64,000 bases of DNA from Eledone cirrhosa. Taxonomy: Eukaryota. Below, piece after piece: positions 52,126 through 64,000 of the stretch. Position numbers and translations under genes: made by a program. Each line of letters begins with the position of its first letter. The first letter of the stretch is position 1. Location of the stretch: positions 203,422,001-203,486,000 of the forward strand of contig OZ024740.1 in the NCBI GenBank assembly GCA_964016885.1, written 5' to 3'. A model generated the notes under the pieces. The model had not been told where the DNA came from. It searched no databases and saw only the letters and a program-made list of their open reading frames with translations.

Positions 52126-52191
52126 TATTTTATCTGATGAATGCGCACCATAATTTGCCTTGGATGCCCTTGAAATATATATAATAAAATA
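52126..52191 (+). ncRNA. Minimal type I hammerhead ribozyme, 5' pLTR
   Basis: 8-bp helix I (TATTTTAT/ATAAAATA), CUGAUGA and GAAA cores, palindromic UAUAUA helix III, AUA triplet. Predicted cut after 52183. Confidence 0.75.
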
Positions 52192-52375
52192 AATATGGTT
52201 TTATAAATATAGTTTCCATTTATTAATATATTGTGTATTTACTCCAAAACTTGTTGAGTGCTTTATATCAGTTATAAAAATTTTTAAGCTTGTTGAATCC
52301 CAACAAATTAAATATAACCTCTGCATATATTAAGCTCCCTTATTGTTGAGCGCTTTAAATTATAACTGATTAAAA

Positions 52376-53812
52376 ATGGAATTCTTTAGGATCTCTTCTT
52401 CTCTAAAAGACATACCTTTACCTAAGAATAAGGACTTTCTAAAACAACTTATCGAAAAATCGGACTCGTTTATAAGAAGACTTAGATGGCGTGCTTTTCA
52501 TTTCGATAAAAAATCTAATGCGAAAGAAAATATTTCCAATCTTGATAGAATCTTCAAATCCAAAAAGAATCCACCTTCCAACAAACTATTAATGGAATTT
52601 GAAAATGAGATTATTTTTATCATACAAAACATTAAATTTAAGAAAAACCATTTTGTAGGCCAGGATTACCTCAAATGTTTCAAAAATAATATAGAAAACT
52701 TTGAAAAAACGGAAAAAATTCTTGTTAAATCAGATAAAACCAATCTTTATGGAATACAAAAGGATGATTACAATAATCTTATATTGAAGCAATTAAGGAA
52801 AAATGACAAAAGAGCAACCAATGATGACCCTGAATGACTAAATACTGAAGCTTCTTATATAATGCAGGAATTAGGCTTCGAAAATAGGACTCAACCCTTC
52901 ATCCCTAGGAAACCAAAAATTAATTTGAAGGACCATAAAAGAAATTTTGAAATTGAATTACCAGTTAGACTGATTGCACCATCTAAATCGGACCTTGGCA
53001 TACTTAGCAAAAATATCTTAGATAGAATCATACCACAACTTAAGGAAATATCTTATTTTAAATTATGGAATGGGACTAATGAAGTTATTGACTGGTTTAA
53101 GGACATTAAATATAAGCATAACAATAAATTCATTCAATTGGATATTGCTAATTATTACTCATCTATCACTCCTAATTTACTTAATAAAACCCTTACATAT
53201 GCATTTAAATATACTGATTTATCTAGCAACGAAATGCACATCATCTTAACTGCACGTAAAACATTAATTAAATTTAGCAACCACCTTTGGACTAGAGCAG
53301 ATAGGGATAACAATTTCGATATCACTATGGGGTCATCGGACTCAGCGCAATTAACGGATCTTGTGGATTTTTTTATTAACAATACTTTACATAGGAAAAT
53401 ACCAGAGATGACCGGTGGTTTATATCGTGACGATATGCTATTGCTTATTGAAAATAATAATAATTGTGAAATAAATAGGAAAAGAAAAGAAATTATACAA
53501 TTTTTTAATAGCTTTAATCTTAAAGTAGAAGTAGAGAATAATTATAATAATTATAATATTGGTAAAAAATCTTCAATTTCTCTATCCAACTTATTATGGA
53601 ACTTAAAATCCAAGAATATTAACTATTCTTTATCTTGGGAAATTATCTCCAAAGCTCCATCATACACAGCTCTATCCAAAAATTGCTCCCATTGCATTGA
53701 AGAAATATTCTTTATACTAAAAAGTAAGAACTCTATTAATTTGCATAATAATTTATTTAGTTCTTGTAAACATCGTTCAAACTCAACTTTTAGATATATA
53801 TATAAAATGTAA
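52376..53812 (+). pseudogene. PLE RT-endonuclease ORF with one in-frame TGA (52835-52837) and an internal deletion
   Basis: ORFs 52376 and 52862 are in the same frame. Motifs SLKDIP..RRLRWRA, SDKT, LDIANYYSSI, ITMGS, GLYRDD, then an abrupt jump to the late GIY-YIG-type segment LSNLLWNLK..W.II..Y..CSHC..CKH. Confidence 0.85.
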
Positions 53813-55113
53813 TATATGGTTAATCTCCTTTACATAACGTTTTCTATATCCAACCACCTACAACTTCATCCCTCAGATTATATCTATATATGATTCATAT
53901 ATATTTAATTTACTTTATATTATTACACTTATCAGTAGATTATAACCTTTTTATATGACTACTTGAAATTCTTTTAAGAAAAATTTTCCTTAAAAGACTT
54001 TCTGAAGGTTTTAGAAAATTCTTGGTAAAACTTTTGAAAGCTATGGAAAAACCATTATTTTCATATCTTCAAACATTTTAAATATATATCCAAATATTTA
54101 TATATATGTGGAATAACCTATGGTTTATGTTTTAATTATATTCTTAAGGTAAATTTTTTTAACTTTATAACATTTATGACTTCTTATGGTTTATGTTTTA
54201 ATTATATTCTTAAGATAAATTTATGACTTCTCATAAAACATTTTTTTAATAAGTTTTTTTTTTATGTATCCTTGGAGTCATTTGAGTTCTTAAAAAATCA
54301 CTTCTAACTTCCTTTATACTTCCTTACTGTTTTTATAATCTAATTAAGTAGTTATTCCTTTGTAAACTCTCGTAAATTTTCATAAATTTGGAATTATTTG
54401 GATGTTTAAGTTTTGACTTACAACTATTAATAAATATAATTTTGCCAAACTTACTTTAATCAAATAAACTATACTAGATTTTCTCCAATGTAAAATACTA
54501 TACATTTAAATAATTTATAATCCATAACATACACATCTAAACCAATATATTATTACTAATACATCTTAATATAATATAAATACTTCTGTTTTAATTTTAA
54601 TTTTTAATTTTTAATTTTAATATTACTTTAATCTTTAATTTTGATTTTTATTTTTAATTTTAATTTTAAATAATATTTTTAAATATTTAATTTTCAACGT
54701 ATCATTATAAATATAATCACAACGTAATGAACCCTACATTCTGAATATTATTCTTCCACGTTAATATTATTTCTTCTTTCACTTAGATATATTTACGTTC
54801 TGTATATTCTTCCATTAAAATTTATTTCCTCGTTCACTTTGATTATCTTCACTATCACTATGTATAATCGTTTTTTCTTTCTTCTTCTCTCTTTCCCCTT
54901 CCTTTTCTTCTCTCTCCCTTATATATCCTCTTCTTTCAACAGTTTAATTTAAATAAACCGGTATCTTTTCAATTTTTTGGACACTCATTTGCATACTCAC
55001 TCATAACTTTGTATTACCCTCAATAAAATATTATCTCCACTATCCAGGAAGCTCCAACCGTTAAGGTTGTCTTTTTTCCGGGTATGTCAATATTTATTTA
55101 TAAAACAAATCTG

Positions 55114-55179
55114 TATTTTATCTGATGAAAGTGCACCATAATTTGCCTTGGTTGCCCTTGAAATATATATAATAAAATA
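55114..55179 (+). ncRNA. Minimal type I hammerhead ribozyme, 3' pLTR
   Basis: TATTTTAT-CTGATGA-AAGTGCACC..GGTTGCCCTT-GAAA-TATAT-ATA-ATAAAATA. Predicted cut after 55171. Confidence 0.78.
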
Positions 55180-55219
55180 AATATGGTTTATAAATATAGT
55201 TTCTATTTATTAATATATT

Positions 55220-55460
55220 TTCATTTCATTTTACGTCCGCTTTTCCCTGCTTGCAAGGGTGGGATGGGAACTGATTCTGGCTTGATTTCTACAGCTGGAT
55301 GCCCTTCCTAACACCAACCTCATTTACAGTGAGTGCTGGGTGCTTTTTTGCAGTGGAATGATAGGGACCCCAGTCCCTATCATCTCATTTCTACAGCTGA
55401 GTGAACTGGAGCAATGTGAAATAAAGTGCCTTGCTCAAGGAAACAACACATCACCCGGTC
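55220..55460 (-). mobile_element. tRNA-SINE family A, 5'-truncated
   Basis: Near-identical to 1-185 but lacks the tRNA head. Confidence 0.8.
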
Positions 55461-55742
55461 ATATATATATATATATAGATATATAGTAAAACGGATTCTC
55501 ACCGCAGCAATACAATGGTTGAAAATCTGCTCGGTGAAATGTGTGTCCTCGAGTATGGTTTCTAATTTGTTGTGGAACTAACTCTATACCAAACCCGTCC
55601 TCTGGACTGATGCTCTGCTTACTATGGGTATAACCTCCCATTTTTTTACCACTATATATATATGTTTATCTTTATAATACTAAATATATTATATACATCT
55701 TTATACTATTATATATCTATTATTTGCTTCTCTCTCTGGCAG

Positions 55743-55826
55743 GTGGAAAAATTCTAAGTAAGACGCCACGACCTCGATTAACTAGGATAACAGGTGAAGA
55801 AAGAATTACACCTGGTAACAGAACAG
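55743..55826 (+). CDS. GABPA: GABPA coding exon 7
   Basis: GGKILSKTPRPRLTRITGEERITPGNRT resembles human APRISGEDRSSPGNRT. GGCAG acceptor, GTAAGA donor. Confidence 0.93.
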
Positions 55827-56660
55827 GTAAGAGGCATTAAATAGTCTTTATTTACATTCAACAATGATATTCCTTTGTCATCATCATCATCATCATTTAA
55901 TGTCCGTTTTCCCTGTTTTTATTAGGTATAATGCACCCAGTATGCTCTGTAAAGTTGTGGTGCTTGCACCACAATAATATACACCTAGTACATACTGTAA
56001 AGGGGTCGGTATTAGGAAGGGTATCCAGCTATAGAAACCATACCAAATGAGCAGGGTCTGTCTAGTCTTGGAATGTAACAACTTGTCCAACTCATGCCAG
56101 TGTGGAAAATGGTTGTAAAACAGTGATAATGATGATCACAGGCATAGTCCAGTGGTTAAGAAGTATGCTCTGCAATAACGAGGTCCCAGATTCAATCCCA
56201 CTGTGTAGCATTTTGAGCAAATGTCTTTACCGTAGCCTTAGGTCAACCTAAGCCTGTAAGCGAAATTGGGTTAGCTTAAATTGTGTAGAAGTTTTGTTGG
56301 ATTGATTATACCCGTAATTTGGAAGTGCAGCCTAGTCACACTATATCACCCTGATTCAGCTTTAGAATTAGATTAAAGGTACACATGTCTGTGAAATACT
56401 CAGCCAATTACATGTTAATTTAATGAGTCAGATAATCAGTTGATTCAACAATAGAACAGTAATTATTAAAAGCAATACCTATTTCCCTTTTATTACTATA
56501 TTTCTAATGAAAGACACTGCCTAGGTTTTTCAAATAATTTTAAAAACTGAAGAAATTTAGTAAAATAACTAAGTTTTTCATTATGATAATTTTTTAAATG
56601 AATATAAAACACTTTAAAATAAACAACTTTATATCATAAAGCCAGAGCCAGTTTGGTTTA

Positions 56661-57536
56661 TCTATATATATAAAACTGTGGTTGTCTGTCTGTCTATCGA
56701 TTTTTGGCACACATCTCCTCTTAGAATCTCTCACGGAATTGCACCGAAATTGCTATACTTGTACATTGAGCCCTAGCAAAGACATCGGAAAAAAATATTT
56801 CAAATTGACCCGCCCTATCTGACGAAATCGAATATAATGTATCGATTTTTGAGCGTAAGTGATCAGTTATTTCCCTTTGTTCTGTTTACATTCAGCGTAG
56901 CGTCTTACGTTCTCTTTACATTTTCTGCGTGCAAAAATTAAAAAAATGATTTCCCTTTGTTCTGTTTACATTCAGCGTAGCGTCTTACGTTCTGTTTACA
57001 TTTTCTGCGTGCATCTGTAAATTTCGTTAGGCGTGCAGACAGACAGTCGTGCAGAGAGGTGATATAGGCGTGCAGAGAGGTGATATAGGCGTGCGGACAG
57101 ACAGTCGTGCAGAGAGGTGATATAGGCGTGCAGGCAGACAGTCGTGCAGAGAGTTGATATAGGCGTGCAGAGAGTTGATATAGGCGTGCAGACAGTCGTG
57201 CAGAGAGGTGATATAGGCGTGCAGACAGACATAACTGATAATTTGGTTACGCTAATGTTTTTCTCTGCGTTGCAGTGTTTACATTTTCGATCTTTGTTAA
57301 TAAATAACCAGTGCAGTTTCTATCCCCAGCATCCTCTTTTGTTATAACATTCGGGTTATCGTTATGTTTTCTTAACTTCATAAGGCATATTGTTGGTTGA
57401 GGGAATATTAATCAAAAACACCACATGCAAGTCTGCACAGTAGACACTACAGTTTTTAAGCCAAGAAAGAAACTTAACATTGTAACTTTAACACAGCTAC
57501 TGAGCGACCCCGAGCAACGCCGGGCTTTACTGCTAG
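56661..57536 (+). mobile_element. Non-autonomous Helitron with internal minisatellite
   Basis: A|TCTATATATATAAAA..GTCTGTCTGTC 5' end and CCCGAGCAACGCCGGG hairpin + CTAG|T 3' end. 80-bp-period repeat at about 56869-57013; TAGGCGTGCAGA array at 57027-57230. Confidence 0.82.
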
Positions 57537-58329
57537 TACAATGATAAAACTAACGTTATTGAATTCAATTTGCCATGTCTTACATTAAATCAGCTGTGTT
57601 CAAACCTGGCGAGGGATGGACTTTGCCAGGTTTAAAATGCCCAGGTATTTTATTGTGGCAACTCTACAACTCCATCAGGAATTCAGGGCTCAAAGACGGG
57701 CATTAAATCAACCTCAATGAACTTTACTGAGGACAAGTTTGATTTTCTGAATGTTCCATTCCACTAAATAAAACTACAGCCATCACTCACAATCAAGGAT
57801 GACTTAGTACCAGAAACCATATAGCAGGGAGCAGACACATAGACTTTTCAGCCAATGTATGCTTGATCCATTCAAATATCCAAGGTGTTACAGCTAGAAA
57901 GAGTTGGTTGCACCAACACTGGGCTAGTACTTTCTTTATCAACTCCAAAAGGATGAAAATTAAACTTAATGAAAATTTGAACTTAGAGGGCAGAGAGCTG
58001 GACCAACTATAGTAAGCCATTTTATCAAACACTTTAATGACTCTGCTAATTACCTCCTTTGTTTCACCAATTAAGCATTTCTCTGATACTTTAATGATTT
58101 AGAAACAACCACTTAGTATTTATGATGAGTATGACATTTTAAATGTTTTATTAAGTTATATATATATATAATTGCCTGGGATATGTTTTCAGTGTTGCTG
58201 CTTTTACCTCTCTCTCTCTTTCCCTCTCACACATGCACATACATTCTTTCCATCCTGTTTGCATCATGACTGACATTTTACAAAGAATATACAACAGCAT
58301 TAATATAATAATGTTTTGTGATTGTGTAG

Positions 58330-58553
58330 GTAACAATGGTCAGATCCAGTTATGGCAATTCTTATTGGAACTACTAACTGACAAGGAGTACCGAGAAATT
58401 ATACAGTGGGTCGGAGATGATGGAGAATTCAAGTTACACAACCCAGAGATGGTGGCCCAGTTGTGGGGCCAACGTAAAAACAAACCAACCATGAACTATG
58501 AGAAACTAAGTCGAGCTCTACGGTACTACTATGACGGAGATATGATTGCTAAG
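58330..58553 (+). CDS. GABPA: GABPA coding exon 8 (ETS domain)
   Basis: [50 protein letters not shown]; GTGTAG acceptor, GTAATG donor. Confidence 0.97.
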
Positions 58554-60545
58554 GTAATGACTTAGTTTTTTTATTTCGATGTGTTGCGGGCATGGCTGTC
58601 TGGTTAAAGAATTCACTTCACAAAAGGCTCAGTCTCACTACGTGGCACCTATAGCGTCTTCCACTATATCCTTGAGTTGATCAATGCCTTATGAGTGAAA
58701 ATTCATAGACAGTAACTGTGTAGAAACACCTCATGTATATCATTGTCGCAATCATCATTTAGCATCAGTTGTCCCTGAAGGGTTGGGCAGGTTATCATAG
58801 ACCAAATCAGTACTCAAGTGGAGATACTGACTTCAGGGGGGCTGTATTTTGCTTACTTACATTCCTGCACTCTACCCAGTACATCTCACTGTGTTTATAT
58901 CCTGTAACTTAGTTTAACAAAAAAAAATTGATAATGTAAGTACCAGACTTGAAGAAAATAAGAACTGGGATTAATATGATTGACTAAATCCCTTCAAGAT
59001 GGCGCCACAGTCTAATGACTGAAACCAGTACAAGGATTGTTAAAGACACCTTAAGTTATGTCCCTTAATTTTTTTATTTTTTATTTTACTGTTTAGTCAG
59101 AAGAAAAAGTAGTGCCCAAGACTCTATTCAGGGCCTGTAAGAGTAATGCTAGAGAAAGGGGTGGGGGATATATTTGCAACAGACTGGACTTCACTGAAGG
59201 CACCAAACAGCCAGGTATTAAGCTAAGTGACAGATTAAGTCTTACCTCATAAATAGACTACAGGGAGCTGAACAGACACCACAATGCATATATGTCCATA
59301 TAGTACCTATAGTATGTAGGTCGGTAGTTGAATGAGAGTATGTGACCTACAAAGCCATTGTTCCAGATACTACATACCTTTCTGTTTCATTAAAGACAAG
59401 TTCCCTTATTAAAATCAAGTAAATCTTGATTAAGGTGGGTTCAAATGTCTGGCTATGAATTAATTGAGGAATAATTAGTACAAAATTGCTATTTACAGCA
59501 AAATTATTTTTAAATACTTTTAGGCAGAATAAAAATGTTAAACCAATATAGAAGATGATTTCTGAGGATGTTAAGATTATACACTCTGTAAAATGGTAAA
59601 GTTGGTGCCATGATAAAATACACCTAGTACACTGTAAAGTGCTAACATTAATGCCATGATAAAATGCACCCAATACACTCTGTACAGTAGTTTGCATTAG
59701 AAAAGGAATCCAGTTGTAGAAACCATCTGAAAATATAGAACATAAGAGCAAGACACAGTTTCTGGACCAGTCTAGTCTTGGGCCATAACAACCCTTATCA
59801 GCATAGGAAATATGTAAAATGATGATTATGTTGACTCATTTTTTAATTAAGATTTTAGAAGAAAATATCTAAGAATCATCATCATTTAATGTCTATTTTC
59901 CATGCTTTCAGGGGTTAGTAGGATTGTCTAACTGAAGTTAGATTGGTATGCTGACCTTGCTCATACACTTTATTTTTGGCTTTTTTTCTTTTTACAGCTG
60001 GATGCCCTTCCACATGCCAACCACCTAACAGCATGTACTGGGAGCATGTTATCTTGACTCTGGCACAATCACCTTACAGGGCAGATGTGGTGCTCTTAGT
60101 TGTGGCATTAGCACTGCCATCTTACTGGATGCTTTTTGTTATTGCACCAGCACTACTGCATTACAAGGAAGACAGGATGCTTTTCGTCATAGAATTAACA
60201 TAACCATCTTACAGGGTGGCACCAACACTACCACTTGTCAACACTAGAGTGCTCATTGCATTAATTCTAATGTTTATAGGGGTTTATAGTAGCTTTAATA
60301 ATTGACAGATCACTGAAAATTTCCTGACATTTGTACATTATTATATGTACTATACATGCACCTTTGATGAGTTGTAGTGCACCTGAGTGCTGTACACAAT
60401 TATTTCTTTATTATTAAAGACTTCAATTTTTAATGTAATGCAGTTATAATGCTAATTTGTAACTATTATGCTAATGTGGTTTCATGTGGTACAGGATGTT
60501 AAGACTCATATTTTCTAATGCCAATCTTTTTTTTTGCTTGTTCAG

Positions 60546-60773
60546 GTTCATGGGAAGCGATTTGTGTACAAATTTGTGTGTGACCTTAAGATGCTTCTTG
60601 GTTATTCATCACGGGAACTCAGCAAATTGGTGCCTGCCCACTGTGATAAAAAGGTACAACACATCGAAATATTGCCACAGTGCGTTGAAAAAAAGGTACA
60701 ACACATTACAGACAAGCCTCTATTGGCAGCCATCGCTATGAAACGGGTTGACCAAAAGACACAGACTGTTTAG
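60546..60773 (+). CDS. GABPA: GABPA last coding exon (end of ETS domain and GABPbeta-binding tail)
   Basis: [29 protein letters not shown] resembles human [34 protein letters not shown] acceptor; TAG stop. The summed CDS is 1398 nt. Confidence 0.95.
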   Translation, partial: VHGKRFVYKFVCDLKMLLGYSSRELSKLVPAHCDKKVQHIEILPQCVEKKVQHITDKPLLAAIAMKRVDQKTQTV

Positions 60774-61022
60774 CAGCAGCCCTTATTAAGTGTGAAAGAA
60801 TGATGTATAAAATGGAAGAGACAAACAAAAATACAGACACATTCTATTTCAGACTTTATTGGAAATATTTGGGCTTGTTTCTGTTTTGGGGGTGGTCTTT
60901 TATTTTTAATTTCTTTTCAATTTAGTTTTATAAAAAATGAAACTACAACTGTGTGTATTGGAATACACTGAAATCAAGTCATTTCAATCAGATTATACTC
61001 CCCCTTCTCTTTCTCTGTATCT

Positions 61023-61063
<41 letters not shown>

Positions 61064-61357
61064 ATGTGTCTCTGTATCTCTCTCTCTCTCTCTTCATTTT
61101 CATGCATGGAGTTCCCCACCTACCCACTAAACCAAAATTCATTTTTTTTTATAAAAAAAAAATACACATTCCCTTCTGATATTCTCTGCTAAGGAATTCC
61201 AGTTTGACCACAACTAACCAATACTTGACAACATTCTCTTCTTCTAATAATGCTACAAAGGGCTGCAGCAATGCACTTATTGATGCAGTCCTGCACATCA
61301 AAGAAAAAGGAAAAAAAAAACATTCATCCAGATGCAACATTTAAAAAATATTCCTCT

Positions 61358-61400
61358 CTCAAAAGCCCCCCCCCCCCCCCCGCGCCTTTTTTTTTAAAAA

Positions 61401-61449
<49 letters not shown>

Positions 61450-61496
61450 CAAAAGCCCCCCCCCCCCCCCCGCCTTTAAAAAAAAAAAACTGTGTG

Positions 61497-61557
<61 letters not shown>

Positions 61558-61560
61558 ACA
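61358..61560. repeat. Tandem repeat of about 90 bp containing poly(C), poly(A) and (AT)n, downstream of the GABPA stop
   Basis: CTCAAAAG-C(n)-..AAAAACTGTGTGCA-(TA)n-CACACATAC occurs twice. Confidence 0.8.
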
Positions 61561-61907
61561 CTAATATATACTCAACTACAACATTTATATATATATATAT
61601 ATATGTGTGTAGTCTCAGTTAACTTCGAAATGAGAGAAAGACTTACAAATCTGAGACTATGAAGATTTTGTTTTTGATTGACTTCTATTGTATAAAATTA
61701 TAAATTCCCATTTTTTTTTTAAATATAATAATAATAATGATTTCATTTGGCCACAAGGGACAATAATAATAATAATAATAATAATAAATATACTTTGGTA
61801 TGTTTGCTTCCCCATCTCTTCATCATATAAAGTTAGTGGCTAACATCTCTCTCTCTCTCTAATAAGGCAATTCCTATCACTGCAAAACTTTCATTGAGTT
61901 ATCCTAT

Positions 61908-62158
61908 TTAACCCTTCTTCACCATATTTCTAATAAAATACACTGCCTATGGTTTTCAATTAATTTTGAAAAGAATTTGAAGGGATTTAGCAATATAACA
62001 TCCTTGTTATTTAGTTAGTGTTTGCAACTTAACTTCATAAATGTTTTTATATAAAATTATAATAGAAGGGTTTTAGATAAGTATAAATACTTCACAATAC
62101 AGAGCGTAGTATAGTAGACCTGGGTCCGGTTTCAGACAGTTTGTTATCAAAAGGGTTA
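61908..62158 (+). mobile_element. piggyBac-like MITE (first family)
   Basis: TTAA-CCCTT ... ATCAAAAGGG-TTAG; same internal sequence as 42731-42954. Confidence 0.7.
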
Positions 62159-64000
62159 GTATACAGATCACCAAAACATCAGACTTCTGAGACATCTGTT
62201 AACTCTCAAATTTTGAGGGGTTTCTTGTTATGTTATGAGAGCATTTTAAGTTCATGACAGCTACTGCACAATATATAGCTTATTATATATCAGGGAGCAG
62301 TAGATTCGGAGAATTGTTAGAGCATTGGACAAAAACTTTGTATTTGTTCTGCATTCAAATCCTGCTTTGGTCAACTTTGTCTTTCATCCTTCCAGGGTCA
62401 ATAAAATATTGTACCAGTGAAGTGCTGAAGTCAATATAATTAGCGAACTACTCCATCCAATTTCTGGCCTATAGTAAAATATTATTATTATTATTATTTC
62501 TAAAGGTAATGGATTGGCAGAATTGTTTTGAGGTATTTAGTTGAAGCTCTTTACATTCTGAGTTCAAATCTAATAAAATGTTTAAGCATAATTGAAGTCT
62601 GTTTTTCTAACAGAAATAATTTTAAAGGTGTAAAGGCATTTGACCTAGTGGTAATGGGCATTCGATTTCCAGACCATGTGACACATTGTGTCCTTCAGCT
62701 GGAAATGAGAACCAACAGCAGCTGGGGATAGTCCTGCAATGAACTGACATGCTTCCAAGAAGTCATGTACTCACAGTTGCTTAATGTCGATAAAACCAGG
62801 ATAGGCTCCAGGTTTCATCCATGCATTGCCTTGCATGCACGGAAACATGGATGTAAAACAATAACTCACTCACTAACTCAATCTACCGTTTGACAGAAAA
62901 AAAAAAAAAAAAATTGAAACTCTAATCCTCTGATCTATCCTTTGTATTCTAAAAATAAGGATTTGTAATTTTAAAACAGTTTAAATTAGTTTACTCAAAG
63001 ATTCCGCCTCTTTTCAGCCAAATTAACATTTTGGTATTTTTTAAAGAAATATTTTCTTCAAAAATAAAAAAAAAAACACCCAAGACCCCATTCCTTATCC
63101 CTTTTTCCTCTTCTCTTCACTCACAAATTCATTCTCATTTCATATTTATCAGAAAAAGATTGCATAAATTTTAATCATGAATATTAAACATTTTTTAAAC
63201 TACTCTGACTTGTTGCTGAACTATTAAGAGTTTATGTTGAAAATACATCTACATGCCATTTAGACCATGATATTAACTTGAAAATTGTTTTACTGTTTAA
63301 AAATGTTAATATATATTTTATGAATCTTTATCTAAGCTCACTTTCCACTATATCTGTGTGTGTGTGTGTGTGCGGATGCAGGCGTTGCTGAGGGTTATGA
63401 TGTTTACTTTGCAATCATGAGTTACGGAGTTCAATCCCACTGTGGGGCAATCCAAGCTTTGTGAGTGAAATTTGAAATAGGGTAAATGGAAACTATTCAA
63501 AAGCTCAGATGGATTGCACCTGTAATTCAAAGAGTATGTGTCAAAAGTTCATTTGATCAAACTACTAAATGCACATTGTCAAAACTGCCAGAGGACACAT
63601 CATCTCGCACACACATGTGTGTATATATGGTAAATTTAAAGTATGGCTTAGTGATTAGAGTGTTGGGCTTCCAATTGAGTTTGTGTGTTCAATTGTCGAA
63701 CCTAGTGATGCATTTTGTCCTCGAGCAAGACACTTTATTTCATGTTGCTCCAGTTTACTTGGCTGTAATAATGAGTTGCAACATCACTGGTGCCAGGCTG
63801 TATCAGCCATTGCCTTTCCCTTGAATAACATTGGTGGCATGGAGAGGAGAGACTGGTATGCATTGGCGACTGTTGGTCTTCCACAAACAAACCTTGCCTA
63901 GGCTTGTGCCTTGGAGGGAAACTTTCTACATGTAAAACCATAGTAACCGATGGGGGGCCTTAAGATCATCTAAACAACCACAAGGAAATATATAATCAAG

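Larger units (their letters stand above)
51469..55219 (+). mobile_element. Penelope-like retroelement (probably Naiad clade) with inverted 5' pLTR and 3' pLTR
   Basis: 51567-52127 is the reverse complement of 54661-55219, and 51469-51673 of 52126-52329. These enclose a PLE RT ORF. Inserted next to (TA)n. Confidence 0.88.

Noticed and set aside
57027-57230. Short repeats with variable spacing that look CRISPR-like
   Set aside because: The 'spacers' are themselves repeated, there are no cas genes, the context is eukaryotic, and the array lies inside a Helitron.

Overview
This is AT-rich, repeat-dense animal DNA, most likely an octopus or other coleoid cephalopod (inferred from the SINE/RTE content and microsatellites). 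The prokaryote-style ORF track is mostly noise here. Two spliced genes can be rebuilt by hand with canonical GT-AG sites and matching phases. On the minus strand is ATP synthase coupling factor 6 (ATP5PF/ATP5J; 3 coding exons, 137 aa). On the plus strand is the ETS factor GABPA (9 coding exons, 465 aa; OST, PNT and ETS domains). They sit head-to-head around a roughly 340-bp CpG-rich core at 22.6-22.9 kb with ETS, E-box and YY1-like motifs, the same arrangement known in mammals. The introns hold many mobile elements: RTE LINEs with a PHD finger inside ORF2, CR1, CRE-like and Gypsy fragments, two tRNA-SINE families, piggyBac-type MITEs, a DD37D maT transposon and tandem Helitrons. There is also a Penelope-like (probably Naiad) element with an inverted pLTR and three minimal hammerhead ribozymes. 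Further hammerhead-like motifs, a G·U-biased hairpin, a 5S rRNA fragment and a 3.1-kb tandem duplication are also present.
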